In this document: piece after piece, positions 47,011 through 55,619 of the stretch
Numbering within the stretch: position 1 is the stretch's first letter
How the letters are laid out: each line of letters begins with the position of its first letter
Program-made: the position numbers and the translations under genes
Source: an uncultured virus (IMG/VR IMGVR_UViG_3300028552_000008)
Lineage: Duplodnaviria > Heunggongvirae > Uroviricota > Caudoviricetes
DNA length: 64,000 bases
Virus record (IMG/VR): IMGVR_UViG_3300028552_000008
Strand: one strand, 5' to 3'
The notes under the pieces: model-generated
Seen by the model: only the letters and a program-made list of their open reading frames with translations
Told to the model about the DNA's origin: nothing
The model's database searches: none

Positions 47011-47384
47011 ATTCCAAATTTGAACAATTATTACGAACTAAAGGCTGGGTAGTTGAAAATAACAATATTTATGTCAAGGATTACCATTTTATATTGAATA
47101 ATATGGATAAGTTAGTATCCATCAATGTATACTTTTCAGGCTATACCAATGATGGATTTCCCAAGTTTGCTAGATATTCAGCTTTAAATAAATCAAGTAT
47201 CTATTTATCCAAAGCTAATGCATATACTATAATTAAGAGTAAAGATAGAATTATATTAATGTTGGATCTAGCTGGGCAAGAATGTGCTATTAAATTTTTA
47301 ATGTATAGTGAAGCAGTCCATACACTTATGCATCAAGCTAAACTAATATTGGACCAAGCTAATCAAACTTATGCAAGTATCTAG
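47007..47384 (+). CDS. hypothetical protein
   Basis: ATGA-coupled ORF. Confidence 0.6.
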   Translation: MNSKFEQLLRTKGWVVENNNIYVKDYHFILNNMDKLVSINVYFSGYTNDGFPKFARYSALNKSSIYLSKANAYTIIKSKDRIILMLDLAGQECAIKFLMYSEAVHTLMHQAKLILDQANQTYASI

Positions 47385-48114
47385 TAATAAGCAAAGAGTG
47401 TTAGTACTATCAGATGTTCATCAAGATATAGCTAGACTAAGATATATTTTAACCCACGAAGACTACGATTTTATAGTTAATTTAGGGGATTTGTTTGATT
47501 CATTTGATTATAGGAGAGAAGATGATATAGTAGATACTTGTAAATTCATAACTGAGTATATAGATAATCCTAACTATATTTCACTTCAAGGCAATCATGA
47601 CCTACATTATCTATACAGTAGTCCTATGACTTGGTGCTCTGGTTATCATAAAAATAAAGAGAAAGTAATTAATAGGTACTTTAAACAGGATAAAATAGAA
47701 GTAAGAAAGAAGTTTCGATGGTATTGTTGGATAGATGACTTTCTTTGTACCCATGCTGGACTACATCCTTATTACCTAAGCCCTATGCAATCTTTAAATA
47801 AGGAAGAGTTATCAATTTGGTTAGACAATGAAAGTAAGAAGGCTGAAACTAATTTACTCATAGAACAACCTCATTGGTTTTATAGTGCTGGAAAAGCTAG
47901 AGGTGGTAGAGCTAGTGTAGGAGGGATTGTTTGGTTAGATTTTAATCAAGAATTTGTAGCAATAGATGGCCTAAATCAGTTATGCGGTCATACTCCTTAC
48001 AATAACATAACTCAATACAAGAATACTAATAGTTATGATATTGATTGTCATGTAGCTCAATATCTTATAATACAGAATGGTAAGTTAGAAATTAAAGACT
48101 ATGTAGATTTATGA
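47371..48114 (+). CDS. calcineurin-like metallophosphoesterase
   Basis: SDVH, LGDLFD, GNHD, THAG, GHT. Confidence 0.88.
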   Translation: MQVSSNKQRVLVLSDVHQDIARLRYILTHEDYDFIVNLGDLFDSFDYRREDDIVDTCKFITEYIDNPNYISLQGNHDLHYLYSSPMTWCSGYHKNKEKVINRYFKQDKIEVRKKFRWYCWIDDFLCTHAGLHPYYLSPMQSLNKEELSIWLDNESKKAETNLLIEQPHWFYSAGKARGGRASVGGIVWLDFNQEFVAIDGLNQLCGHTPYNNITQYKNTNSYDIDCHVAQYLIIQNGKLEIKDYVDL

Positions 48115-48299
48115 AATATTTCGTCACTTATAAAGAGGCTAACTATCCTAAAACTTGGACTTGTTCTAATGAACCTGCTTGGGAATCTAGTTTTCGTGAA
48201 TTCAATAATCTTAAAGATGCCGAAGATCTGATAAATGGTATAATTAATCAAACTGAATATTTTAAAGATATTAATTTATCTGTTGCAGTAGTTATGTAA
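48111..48299 (+). CDS. hypothetical protein
   Basis: ATGA-coupled ORF. Confidence 0.55.
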   Translation: MKYFVTYKEANYPKTWTCSNEPAWESSFREFNNLKDAEDLINGIINQTEYFKDINLSVAVVM

Positions 48300-48302
48300 T
48301 TT

Positions 48303-48389
48303 GGCAGCATCGCATAATGGTATTGCCCCTCATTTGAAGTGAGAGTGCGGGTAACACCGGTGAGGGTTCGAGTCCTTCTGCTGCCTCCA
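48303..48389 (+). tRNA. tRNA-Ser(TGA)
   Basis: TTTGAAG loop; long variable arm; CCA. Confidence 0.85.
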
Positions 48390-48395
48390 ATTTAA

Positions 48396-48469
48396 CCAGA
48401 TATAGCGTAATAGTAGCGTACAAGCCCTGGGAGCTTGTGGTGTCTGTGCAACTCAGACTATCTGGACCA
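48396..48469 (+). tRNA. tRNA-Pro(TGG)
   Basis: CAAGC-CCTGGGA-GCTTG; ACCA. Confidence 0.82.
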
Positions 48470-48472
48470 TTA

Positions 48473-48762
48473 TTTACTAGTTACCGGGTCCGAAACTGTC
48501 CTTAACCAGACAAAGTAGGTACCAAATACAGATAGAGAACTGTAGTCAACAACGCACACTTAGTAAATGGAGTGTGGACGGAAATGAGCCAGGGAATCTG
48601 GATGATACCGTGCAGCCAACAACTTAGTAATAAGTCTGTGGACATGATAGGTGAAGGTCAGGATAACAACCTGGACAAGTCCTAAAGGGTTATGTAAATA
48701 GTATAGCAATATACAGCCCAGTACCTTGAAATATAGGTGTGTTGAGCCTGGTAATTAGTAAA
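48473..48762 (+). ncRNA. candidate ~290-nt structured ncRNA of unknown class
   Basis: 17-bp terminal helix TTTACTAGTTACCGGGT/GCCTGGTAATTAGTAAA; many internal hairpins; no ORF; lies between two tRNAs. Confidence 0.7.
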
Positions 48763-48766
48763 ACAT

Positions 48767-48840
48767 ACACACGTAATTTAATAGTAGAATATTTGCCTGA
48801 TTAGCGAATTGTACTTGTGCAACTCAAGTCGTGTGTACCA
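48767..48840 (+). tRNA. tRNA-Ile(GAT)
   Basis: TTTGC-CTGATTA-GCGAA; ACCA. Confidence 0.8.
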
Positions 48841-48865
48841 ATTTAAACGAACAAAACAAACATCC

Positions 48866-49177
48866 ATGAACAAATTTAATACAACAATGATAAAATTTAT
48901 TCCAGCAATGGTAACATTAGCAGTATTATACTTTATTGCTGCTATTTTCGTTGGTTATTATACGGCAAACAGAGACAAACTACTTCAAAAGCAGAGAGAA
49001 GAACAATATAAAGTGATATTAATAAATGCATATCTCACAGGTTATGAAGATGCACAAGATGTTTATGGTAAGATGATTAAGAATGAATTCCATAATCATA
49101 CTGACTTAACAAATTATTCACAAACAGCCTATGATAACTTTTGTACTAACACAGTGAATAAGTATCCGTTACCATGA
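48866..49177 (+). CDS. hypothetical membrane protein
   Basis: N-terminal hydrophobic segment; start moved past tRNA-Ile. Confidence 0.6.
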   Translation: MNKFNTTMIKFIPAMVTLAVLYFIAAIFVGYYTANRDKLLQKQREEQYKVILINAYLTGYEDAQDVYGKMIKNEFHNHTDLTNYSQTAYDNFCTNTVNKYPLP

Positions 49178-49509
49178 AAAAGACAACTATTAATGTAATA
49201 ATGGGCTTAAAAGTGATGGACGACCTTATGCACGCAACTGGTGTGTTTGAATCTTTTAAGAGATTTGGCGAACATCAAGTTATAGAGTATGAAATGCAGA
49301 AAAGTGAACCAGATTTAGATTTCATAACCAGGTTTAAAGAATCAGCTGAAAAAGAAGGCTATATAATTACAGCTATCTGGGTAGGTGAAAATCCTCAAGT
49401 CAATTTAGTGGATTGGTCAATTAAAGCAATTAGTGATGGACAAAAATGGAGTATGTTAGAACCATATTTAAACCATTTCGGTATACAAAAACAAGAAAAA
49501 ACTATATAA
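49174..49509 (+). CDS. hypothetical protein
   Basis: ATGA-coupled ORF. Confidence 0.6.
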   Translation: MKKTTINVIMGLKVMDDLMHATGVFESFKRFGEHQVIEYEMQKSEPDLDFITRFKESAEKEGYIITAIWVGENPQVNLVDWSIKAISDGQKWSMLEPYLNHFGIQKQEKTI

Positions 49510-49516
49510 TTAAAAT

Positions 49517-49813
49517 ATGAACGCTACTGAACTATTAGATAAGTTTGAAAAAGAACTCCCCAATCTAGGAACTTGGTACTGGACTGAAAAGACAGGCTCC
49601 AAACCTAGAATATTAGTATGCATCACTAAAATGCTTAAAGCAGGGCTGGAAGAAGAAACTGTTAAAGATATTATTATTAGTATGATGTATACTGGTTATG
49701 TAGAGCATGAAAGACAGGTTAAAGCCGAGACTGGTTTAAGTGTAGAAAAGTTTATGCAGAAAAAGCTTGAATCTTTGCCTGTTGAACAAGAACATTGTCT
49801 TACTAACGAATAA
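49517..49813 (+). CDS. hypothetical protein
   Basis: Packed ORF. Confidence 0.6.
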   Translation: MNATELLDKFEKELPNLGTWYWTEKTGSKPRILVCITKMLKAGLEEETVKDIIISMMYTGYVEHERQVKAETGLSVEKFMQKKLESLPVEQEHCLTNE

Positions 49814-49819
49814 TTTAAT

Positions 49820-49895
49820 CCGGTTCTGGTGTAGTAGGTCTGCACGCTTGACTGAAAATCAAGAGGTCGTTTTTCGATTAAACGGAACCGGGCCA
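49820..49895 (+). tRNA. tRNA-Phe(GAA)
   Basis: CTTGA-CTGAAAA-TCAAG; CCA. Confidence 0.85.
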
Positions 49896-49906
49896 ACCTA
49901 TAATTT

Positions 49907-50215
49907 ATGCTGCAAAAACTGCCAAAAAGCGTAGGTGATTCCATTACTTTGGGTTCTTTAATATGTATAGGAATTGCCCCAACTAGTAATTCTTCTTTTG
50001 TTCCATTTGCCTCTTTCGAAAGAGATGGAGAGTTAATTAGTTATGAAATAAAGAATCAAGCGTTAATAGATCAGTTATCTGATACCTTAACCGATATGCT
50101 TATGTCTAATATGAAAGACATTGACGTTAGAATTGATTATAAGTATGTAGTAAAAGCAGGTTACATAGAATTACTCTATAATAACAACACTATAGAAATT
50201 CAAAATGAAAACTAA
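49907..50215 (+). CDS. hypothetical protein
   Basis: 102-aa ORF. Confidence 0.55.
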   Translation: MLQKLPKSVGDSITLGSLICIGIAPTSNSSFVPFASFERDGELISYEIKNQALIDQLSDTLTDMLMSNMKDIDVRIDYKYVVKAGYIELLYNNNTIEIQNEN

Positions 50216-50550
50216 AATAAACACTAGTACTCTACCTAGTCTGGCTCTTCTTTCTATATTAGGTGAGGATGCAATAAAAATATTAATAACTCATGCTTTA
50301 GATAAAAAAAGAAGATGAGAAGCATATATTTGATATTGACCTTAAAATTGATGGTAAAGAGTATGATTTTCTTGTGTTGGTAGAACAATATCAAAAAAAT
50401 CTGGAGCGTATGATCGATCTTGAAGTTAATAGCAGACTTGAATCTAAGTTTAATGAGCTAACCGACAAGTTATCTTTTATATCTAGCATGTTTGATGCAG
50501 CTAAGGCAAAAATTAAGAGTGAACTTAATTTAACTGAGGATGATTATTGA
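50205..50550 (+). pseudogene. frameshifted gene (break at A7 run 50304-50310)
   Basis: MKTKINTS...LDKK continues in another frame as EDEKHIFDIDLKIDG...EDDY*. Confidence 0.55.
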
Positions 50551-50558
50551 TAGTTAAT

Positions 50559-50632
50559 GGGGGATTAAGCTAGTAGTAGACGCAGGCTTTTACACAGCCT
50601 GAGGATTGGTGCGATTCCAATATCCCCTACCA
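50559..50632 (+). tRNA. tRNA-Val(TAC)
   Basis: AGGCT-TTTACAC-AGCCT; ACCA. Confidence 0.8.
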
Positions 50633-50637
50633 TTTAT

Positions 50638-50949
50638 ATGCCTACAAAAATACAAGATTGTAAAGGTTTATCTGTTTGTATTAATAATCATGTCTTCAAA
50701 TCTAATGAGGTTAGATTAATACCATTTAGTGCTGCTGAAAAAGAATGTAAATGTGTTCTTTATACTGATAGTGACTATGTTATAAAAAGACGAGAGCCAG
50801 TAGATCTAGAATTTCCTGGATTTTTATTAGCTTGTCCAGTCTGTAATGTTATTCAGATAGACGGTTTTAGAAATGCCCCTACTAATTCAACACCAATAAA
50901 AGGTGTTGATAATACAATACCTGAGAGGAGATTAGAAATAGATTTATGA
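50638..50949 (+). CDS. hypothetical zinc-ribbon protein with C-terminal tag
   Basis: CxNNH...CPVC; ends ERRLEIDL. Confidence 0.68.
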   Translation: MPTKIQDCKGLSVCINNHVFKSNEVRLIPFSAAEKECKCVLYTDSDYVIKRREPVDLEFPGFLLACPVCNVIQIDGFRNAPTNSTPIKGVDNTIPERRLEIDL

Positions 50950-51164
50950 ATTTAGAAGCAGCTATAAACAAGATAAAAGGCAAGACTATCTATGTCTGGG
51001 TGCCTTATAATAGAATAGATCAATGTGCAGTTGAAGTTGACTATGTTAGTGCAGTTAATTGGTTAAAACACGTATATAAAGAAGAGAATGATATTGATCC
51101 AATACTAATCTCTGATCTTAATAAAGATGTTGTGTTAGGGAATGTACAAAGATTGTTGTTATGA
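50946..51164 (+). CDS. hypothetical protein
   Basis: ATGA-coupled ORF. Confidence 0.55.
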   Translation: MNLEAAINKIKGKTIYVWVPYNRIDQCAVEVDYVSAVNWLKHVYKEENDIDPILISDLNKDVVLGNVQRLLL

Positions 51165-51364
51165 GTGATGAGCCCAAACCAGTAAATATGGATAAACTTA
51201 GGGAAGCTGTGGAGTATTGTGATTTGCAAGGTAACTGTGATTACGATAATAGTATAGTTCAAGGATATGCTGGTAACTATTTGGAAGAAGTAATTAAGAC
51301 TTATGAACGTGGAGATGAACAGTGGCCTATTCCTCATCCTTTGATTAAAGTACAACCGTTTTAG
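51161..51364 (+). CDS. hypothetical protein
   Basis: ATGA-coupled ORF. Confidence 0.55.
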   Translation: MSDEPKPVNMDKLREAVEYCDLQGNCDYDNSIVQGYAGNYLEEVIKTYERGDEQWPIPHPLIKVQPF

Positions 51365-51371
51365 TAAATTT

Positions 51372-51446
51372 AGCAGGCAGACGAACTTAGGTTCAGCTAA
51401 CTCTCATAAGGTAAGTGGCTGAGTGCAAATCTCAGGTTTGCCACCA
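51372..51446 (+). tRNA. tRNA with CAT anticodon and 1:72 mismatch (possible initiator)
   Basis: AGCAGGC/GTTTGCC-ACCA; CTCATAA loop; T arm CTGAG-TGCAAAT-CTCAG. Confidence 0.65.
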
Positions 51447-51511
51447 TAATTCACACAATTAAATTTGTGATAGGGCAGGCTTAAATTAGCTTGCAAAACA
51501 ACAGAAAATAA

Positions 51512-51748
51512 ATGAATACAAATAATACAAATACAGAAGTTAGTCATCCTTCACCTACTGTCGAAAGTTTGATGGATGAACAAAATTCCACTTGTTGCAT
51601 TGATAGTTATAAAGGGAGACCTACTTTTGCTATTAATAAAGAAAGTCCATATCCTTTTAGTTTTGGTCTATTAAAAGCTAGATTAATTGTAAAACATATG
51701 GAGGCTTTGCAGAAGTTCGTAGAATCAGATGGTAGAAGCTTGGTTTAA
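51512..51748 (+). CDS. small conserved hypothetical protein (PC4-like fold possible)
   Basis: YKGRPT...FSFGLLKARLI. Confidence 0.6.
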   Translation: MNTNNTNTEVSHPSPTVESLMDEQNSTCCIDSYKGRPTFAINKESPYPFSFGLLKARLIVKHMEALQKFVESDGRSLV

Positions 51749-51754
51749 TATTTC

Positions 51755-51828
51755 GCTTCTGTAGTTTAAGAGTAAAACTCAGGTTTTGTAAACCTGGTAT
51801 CCTGGTGCAAGTCCTGGCAGAAGCTCCA
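51755..51828 (+). tRNA. tRNA-Thr(TGT)
   Basis: CAGGT-TTTGTAA-ACCTG; CCA. Confidence 0.85.
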
Positions 51829-51868
51829 TTCCGAGGCAAGAATAACTATTATTCTTGCCTTTTATTAT

Positions 51869-52321
51869 ATGAAGATAACAAAACGAGAAGATAGATGGTA
51901 TGACGAAAACGGTAATAGTTGGTCTACAGAAGAACTAGCTACTAGATACTCTCCTACTCTAACCAATTGTAGTAATTGTAATAATTGTAATTATTGTAGA
52001 GATTGTAGTTATTGTAGTAGTTGTATTTATTCTAATGGTTGTAGTAGTTGTAGTGAGTGTAATGGTTGTAGGAATTCTCTTAATTGTATTAGTTGTAATT
52101 GGTGTAGTAGTTGTGGTAGTTGTAATAGTTGTATTAGTTGTAGTGTTTGTAGTCTTTGTAGAGATTGTACTTATTGTAGTAATTGTAATAATTGTAGAAA
52201 ATGTGAAAATTGTTATTTCGTTAGTAGTCTTGAAAATTACGCCCCACTTCTTAAATTTGAACCATCTTCAACTAGACCAGAATTAGATATTAATGATAGA
52301 AAACTAGAACCAGACTTATGA
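51869..52321 (+). CDS. (Cxx)n cysteine-repeat family protein with C-terminal tag
   Basis: Ends DRKLEPDL; tail nearly identical to 54587..55042. Confidence 0.8.
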   Translation: MKITKREDRWYDENGNSWSTEELATRYSPTLTNCSNCNNCNYCRDCSYCSSCIYSNGCSSCSECNGCRNSLNCISCNWCSSCGSCNSCISCSVCSLCRDCTYCSNCNNCRKCENCYFVSSLENYAPLLKFEPSSTRPELDINDRKLEPDL

Positions 52322-52692
52322 CTTTAAGAGACATATTAGACAATGATTTAATTGAACGTATTAGAAACCATAACGAAAAAGAAGTAAACCCTGAATCTTC
52401 TAGATTTAGTTCGGATGCTGATTTAACCTTATTTCATAAATGGGCTTACAAAGTAGAGAAAGGTTGGTATGGATTTGATTTAGGTAATAAAGTCCCGTAT
52501 TGCTGGGTACTTGCCATAGATAAAGTATTAAAAAAGATCGAAGAACTAGACCCAGAATTTACTATTCAACAAATAAAGTTAAAGTACGGTCAATTATGTT
52601 TCTATATTGATTATAATAAGAACATAGATGAGATTAATCAATTAGCCAAGGAATTACTGGAATTATGTTGTAGTAGGCACTTAATTTATTAA
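52318..52692 (+). CDS. conserved hypothetical phage protein (QxKxKxGxLxFY type)
   Basis: QQIKLKYGQLCFY. Confidence 0.65.
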   Translation: MTLRDILDNDLIERIRNHNEKEVNPESSRFSSDADLTLFHKWAYKVEKGWYGFDLGNKVPYCWVLAIDKVLKKIEELDPEFTIQQIKLKYGQLCFYIDYNKNIDEINQLAKELLELCCSRHLIY

Positions 52693-52731
52693 TTGCTAGT
52701 AAATGTAGTTTTATACCTTTAAAATATAAGT

Positions 52732-53013
52732 ATGAAGTTACCAAGGATTAATCGTTATATCCCTAAAGATACACCGGTAATTAAAGGTATGATTCTTAGA
52801 GGATTGTGTGACTATGAAGAAAAAGCAATATATATTAACCCCAAACAAAGTGATAAAGAACGGCTTATTACAGCATGCCACGAGTCAACACATTACTTAT
52901 TTCCATCTTTGACTGAAAAGAAAGTAGAAGAATACGGTTGTCTAATAGGTGAAGTGTTGTGGCGGTTAGGATATAGAAGCAGAATTAGAAAGAAACGAAA
53001 AGCTAGTATTTAA
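52732..53013 (+). CDS. small zincin-like HExxH protein
   Basis: RGLCDY...IYIN...CHESTH...E. Confidence 0.65.
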   Translation: MKLPRINRYIPKDTPVIKGMILRGLCDYEEKAIYINPKQSDKERLITACHESTHYLFPSLTEKKVEEYGCLIGEVLWRLGYRSRIRKKRKASI

Positions 53014-53037
53014 TTTAAGCTTTAATATAATATCAGA

Positions 53038-53829
53038 ATGCGTGAAATGTATGATATTGTATTAAAGAAATCTATATTTATTTTAGATAAAAAGTTAATG
53101 TCGGTTAGTCGAGAACTTGGTCTGGATTATACTGCAGTCTCCAAACTTCTACACAAAGAACAATTCCACGTAGTTGGTAGATATATACTACCAGAGAATA
53201 AAGATAAGATATTTACTTTAGTTAATTATGATACTGGTGAAGAGTATGACTGTATAACTAATAAGAGTTTAAAACATCATTTTAATCAAGAACTTACAGA
53301 GAATGAAATTAAGTATGTATATGAATTATTATCTGGCAGGCAATATTTAGCTTCTATTTGTGATCGAGCTCTTATTAAGAAGGGTGTAATTAAAGATGGA
53401 AATTTCGTTAATATCAAAGCTTCTTCTATTAGATATAATAAGGAAAGAGAAGCACAGTTATATCGATGTACAACTGCCAGAGATTTGAGAGGCAGGTTGG
53501 CTAATATAATACAAGCAGTAATAAATAAAAGAAAAAACTCAGCCATAAAATCATTAGTTGGTTGCACTTATAATGAATTAGCTCAACATCTATCTAATCG
53601 ATTTACTTCACAAATGACTTGGGGTAACTATGGAGAATGGGTAGTGGACCATATAATACCGTTGTCATTGTTCGATTTAAGTAATAAAGAAGAAGTATTA
53701 AGAGCTAATCACTATACTAATTTACAACCTTTATGGTCTTCTAAAAATATTGCTGAGAAATACGGTGAGTTTAATTATATCAGCAATAGTGAGAAGAATT
53801 GTAAGAATATACTAGGCGGAAGAATTTAA
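53038..53829 (+). CDS. HNH endonuclease (putative homing endonuclease)
   Basis: MTWGNYGEWVVDHIIPL..F....NHYTNLQPLW..KN..K. Confidence 0.8.
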   Translation: MREMYDIVLKKSIFILDKKLMSVSRELGLDYTAVSKLLHKEQFHVVGRYILPENKDKIFTLVNYDTGEEYDCITNKSLKHHFNQELTENEIKYVYELLSGRQYLASICDRALIKKGVIKDGNFVNIKASSIRYNKEREAQLYRCTTARDLRGRLANIIQAVINKRKNSAIKSLVGCTYNELAQHLSNRFTSQMTWGNYGEWVVDHIIPLSLFDLSNKEEVLRANHYTNLQPLWSSKNIAEKYGEFNYISNSEKNCKNILGGRI

Positions 53830-53830
53830 T

Positions 53831-53904
53831 TGGGATGTTGCATAATGGTAGTGCCAGGGTCTTTGGAGCCTTAGGTGAAGGTTCGATTCCTTCCATCCCA
53901 GCCA
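53831..53904 (+). tRNA. tRNA-Gln(TTG)
   Basis: AGGGT-CTTTGGA-GCCTT; TTCGATT; GCCA. Confidence 0.88.
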
Positions 53905-53906
53905 TT

Positions 53907-54112
53907 TACAATATAAACGAAATCAAGTCACGTCAATATTAACTGAAGGTACGTTGCTCTGGCTCTATGTATCAACTAGAATAAGTTAATAAATCCCCGA
54001 AATTTATAGAGATAAAGTACGGGCAGAACCTCATTGAAAGACCACCCTTTAAAGCAATTTTATTGTGTAGACTAGGTGGGAGTTAAGCTAGAGTTGTGCC
54101 TAGCATATTGTA
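53907..54112 (+). ncRNA. candidate ~205-nt structured ncRNA
   Basis: Closing helix TACAATAT/ATATTGTA; CTCTGGCT/AGCTAGAG; CCC-GAA-ATTTAT..ATAA-AGTA-CGGG internal-loop hairpin; no ORF. Confidence 0.55.
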
Positions 54113-54137
54113 TTTAAAACCATAAAACCATAAAACT

Positions 54138-54590
54138 ATGAAACGACCTACAAGAAAAGCAACATTAGAAGATTCAGTAACGTATATTCTAGCAGAGATT
54201 AAAGAATTAGAAGCTTGTCAATATCTGCTTACGCAGATCATTTATAAACTTACTAATGATTATGCACCGGATGATACTCTTTCTGATAGTGTAGCTAAGA
54301 TAACTGAAAGAATAACTCGTAAAAAGTGCAGGCTGTTTGAACAATTAGCCACAATTTCTGTTCTTAGCCCAACTGCTGAAGCTAAGTTAAAACAAAGATT
54401 AATCGATAAATTAAATAAATCTGGTTCATATTTCAGCAATTTTGTTAATCAATCTTGGACTGATATCTCTACCAACCCTGAAGAATTAAAGCAAACTATA
54501 AAAGATCAGATGAGTAAAGCATTACAAGTAAGAGAGGATGAGGTAGATATGATAGCAGTACCTAAAAGGAAGTTAGAACCAGATCTATGA
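54138..54590 (+). CDS. hypothetical helical protein with C-terminal tag
   Basis: Ends KRKLEPDL. Confidence 0.7.
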   Translation: MKRPTRKATLEDSVTYILAEIKELEACQYLLTQIIYKLTNDYAPDDTLSDSVAKITERITRKKCRLFEQLATISVLSPTAEAKLKQRLIDKLNKSGSYFSNFVNQSWTDISTNPEELKQTIKDQMSKALQVREDEVDMIAVPKRKLEPDL

Positions 54591-55042
54591 AGATAACTAA
54601 ACGAGAAAATGATAGATGGTATGACGAAAACAATAATAGTTGGGAAACTAAAAAATTAGCTACTTTACACTCACCTACCCTAACTAATTGTAGTTGGTGT
54701 GGTGGTTGTAGAGATTGTAGAGATTGTAGAGATTGTAGAGATTGTAGAGATTGTAGTAATTGTAGTGATTGTAGTAATTGTAGTTGGTGTGGTGGTTGTA
54801 GTTATTGTATTTGTTGTAATCAGTGTATAAGTTGTAGTTATTGTAGTGGTTGTAGTAATTGTAGTTATTGTAGTCATTGTAATAATTGTAGTGATTGTGG
54901 TTATTGTCATTATTGTAGAAAATGTGAAAATTGTTATCTCGTTAGTAGTCTTGAAAATTACGCCCCACTTCTTAAATTTGAACCATCTTCAACTAGACCA
55001 GAATTAGATATTAATGATAGAAAACTAGAACCAGATCTATGA
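54587..55042 (+). CDS. (Cxx)n cysteine-repeat family protein with C-terminal tag
   Basis: Contains (CRD)5; ends DRKLEPDL. Confidence 0.8.
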   Translation: MKITKRENDRWYDENNNSWETKKLATLHSPTLTNCSWCGGCRDCRDCRDCRDCRDCSNCSDCSNCSWCGGCSYCICCNQCISCSYCSGCSNCSYCSHCNNCSDCGYCHYCRKCENCYLVSSLENYAPLLKFEPSSTRPELDINDRKLEPDL

Positions 55043-55413
55043 AGATAACTAAACGAGAAAATGATAGATGGTATGACGAAAACAATAATAGCTGGGATAG
55101 TGAAGAACTAGCTACTTTCTATTCACCTACCCTAACTACTTGTAGTTATTGTAGTGGTTGTAGTTATTGTAGTAATTGTAGTAGTTGTAGAGATTGTAGT
55201 TATTGTAATCTTTGTAATGATTGTACTCGTTGTACTAATTGTGATTATTGTGATAATTGTAGTCATTGTGGTTATTGTAGTGATTGTAGTGATTGTTTAG
55301 GTTTATATAATTATCGAGATAAAGAAAATTTAGAACCTCAAGTAAGAATATTACCTCCAACATCAAGAATAGAATTAGATATTAATGATAGGAAATTAGA
55401 ACCAGACTTATGA
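55039..55413 (+). CDS. (Cxx)n cysteine-repeat family protein with C-terminal tag
   Basis: Tandem copy; ends DRKLEPDL. Confidence 0.8.
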   Translation: MKITKRENDRWYDENNNSWDSEELATFYSPTLTTCSYCSGCSYCSNCSSCRDCSYCNLCNDCTRCTNCDYCDNCSHCGYCSDCSDCLGLYNYRDKENLEPQVRILPPTSRIELDINDRKLEPDL

Positions 55414-55619
55414 CTATAGATCAAAGAATAACTAGATTGGAGAAGAAGGCTGGAAGGCCAGATTTACCAGGAACTACAATTAGTAGAATACTTTATAAGA
55501 AGAAAGGGTTTGGCTGGACTGTAGGAGTTGGAGCAATGCATTTATCTAGAATATGGTTTCATGCTAAAACTATAGAATCAGCACTATCCAAAGCTGAAAA
55601 ACACTTTAAAATAAAATGA
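55410..55619 (+). CDS. hypothetical protein
   Basis: ATGA-coupled ORF. Confidence 0.55.
   Translation: MTIDQRITRLEKKAGRPDLPGTTISRILYKKKGFGWTVGVGAMHLSRIWFHAKTIESALSKAEKHFKIK

Noticed and set aside
48490..48610. Hammerhead ribozyme (CGAAAC ... CTGGATGA) in the 48.5-kb RNA
   Set aside because: CUGAUGA is not exact and I could not build the three-stem junction.
54690..54930. CRISPR array in the 9-bp repeat tracts, with the Cas4-like gene at 44207
   Set aside because: The repeats are contiguous coding triplets without unique spacers. Stand-alone Cas4-like nucleases are common in phages, and no cas operon is seen.
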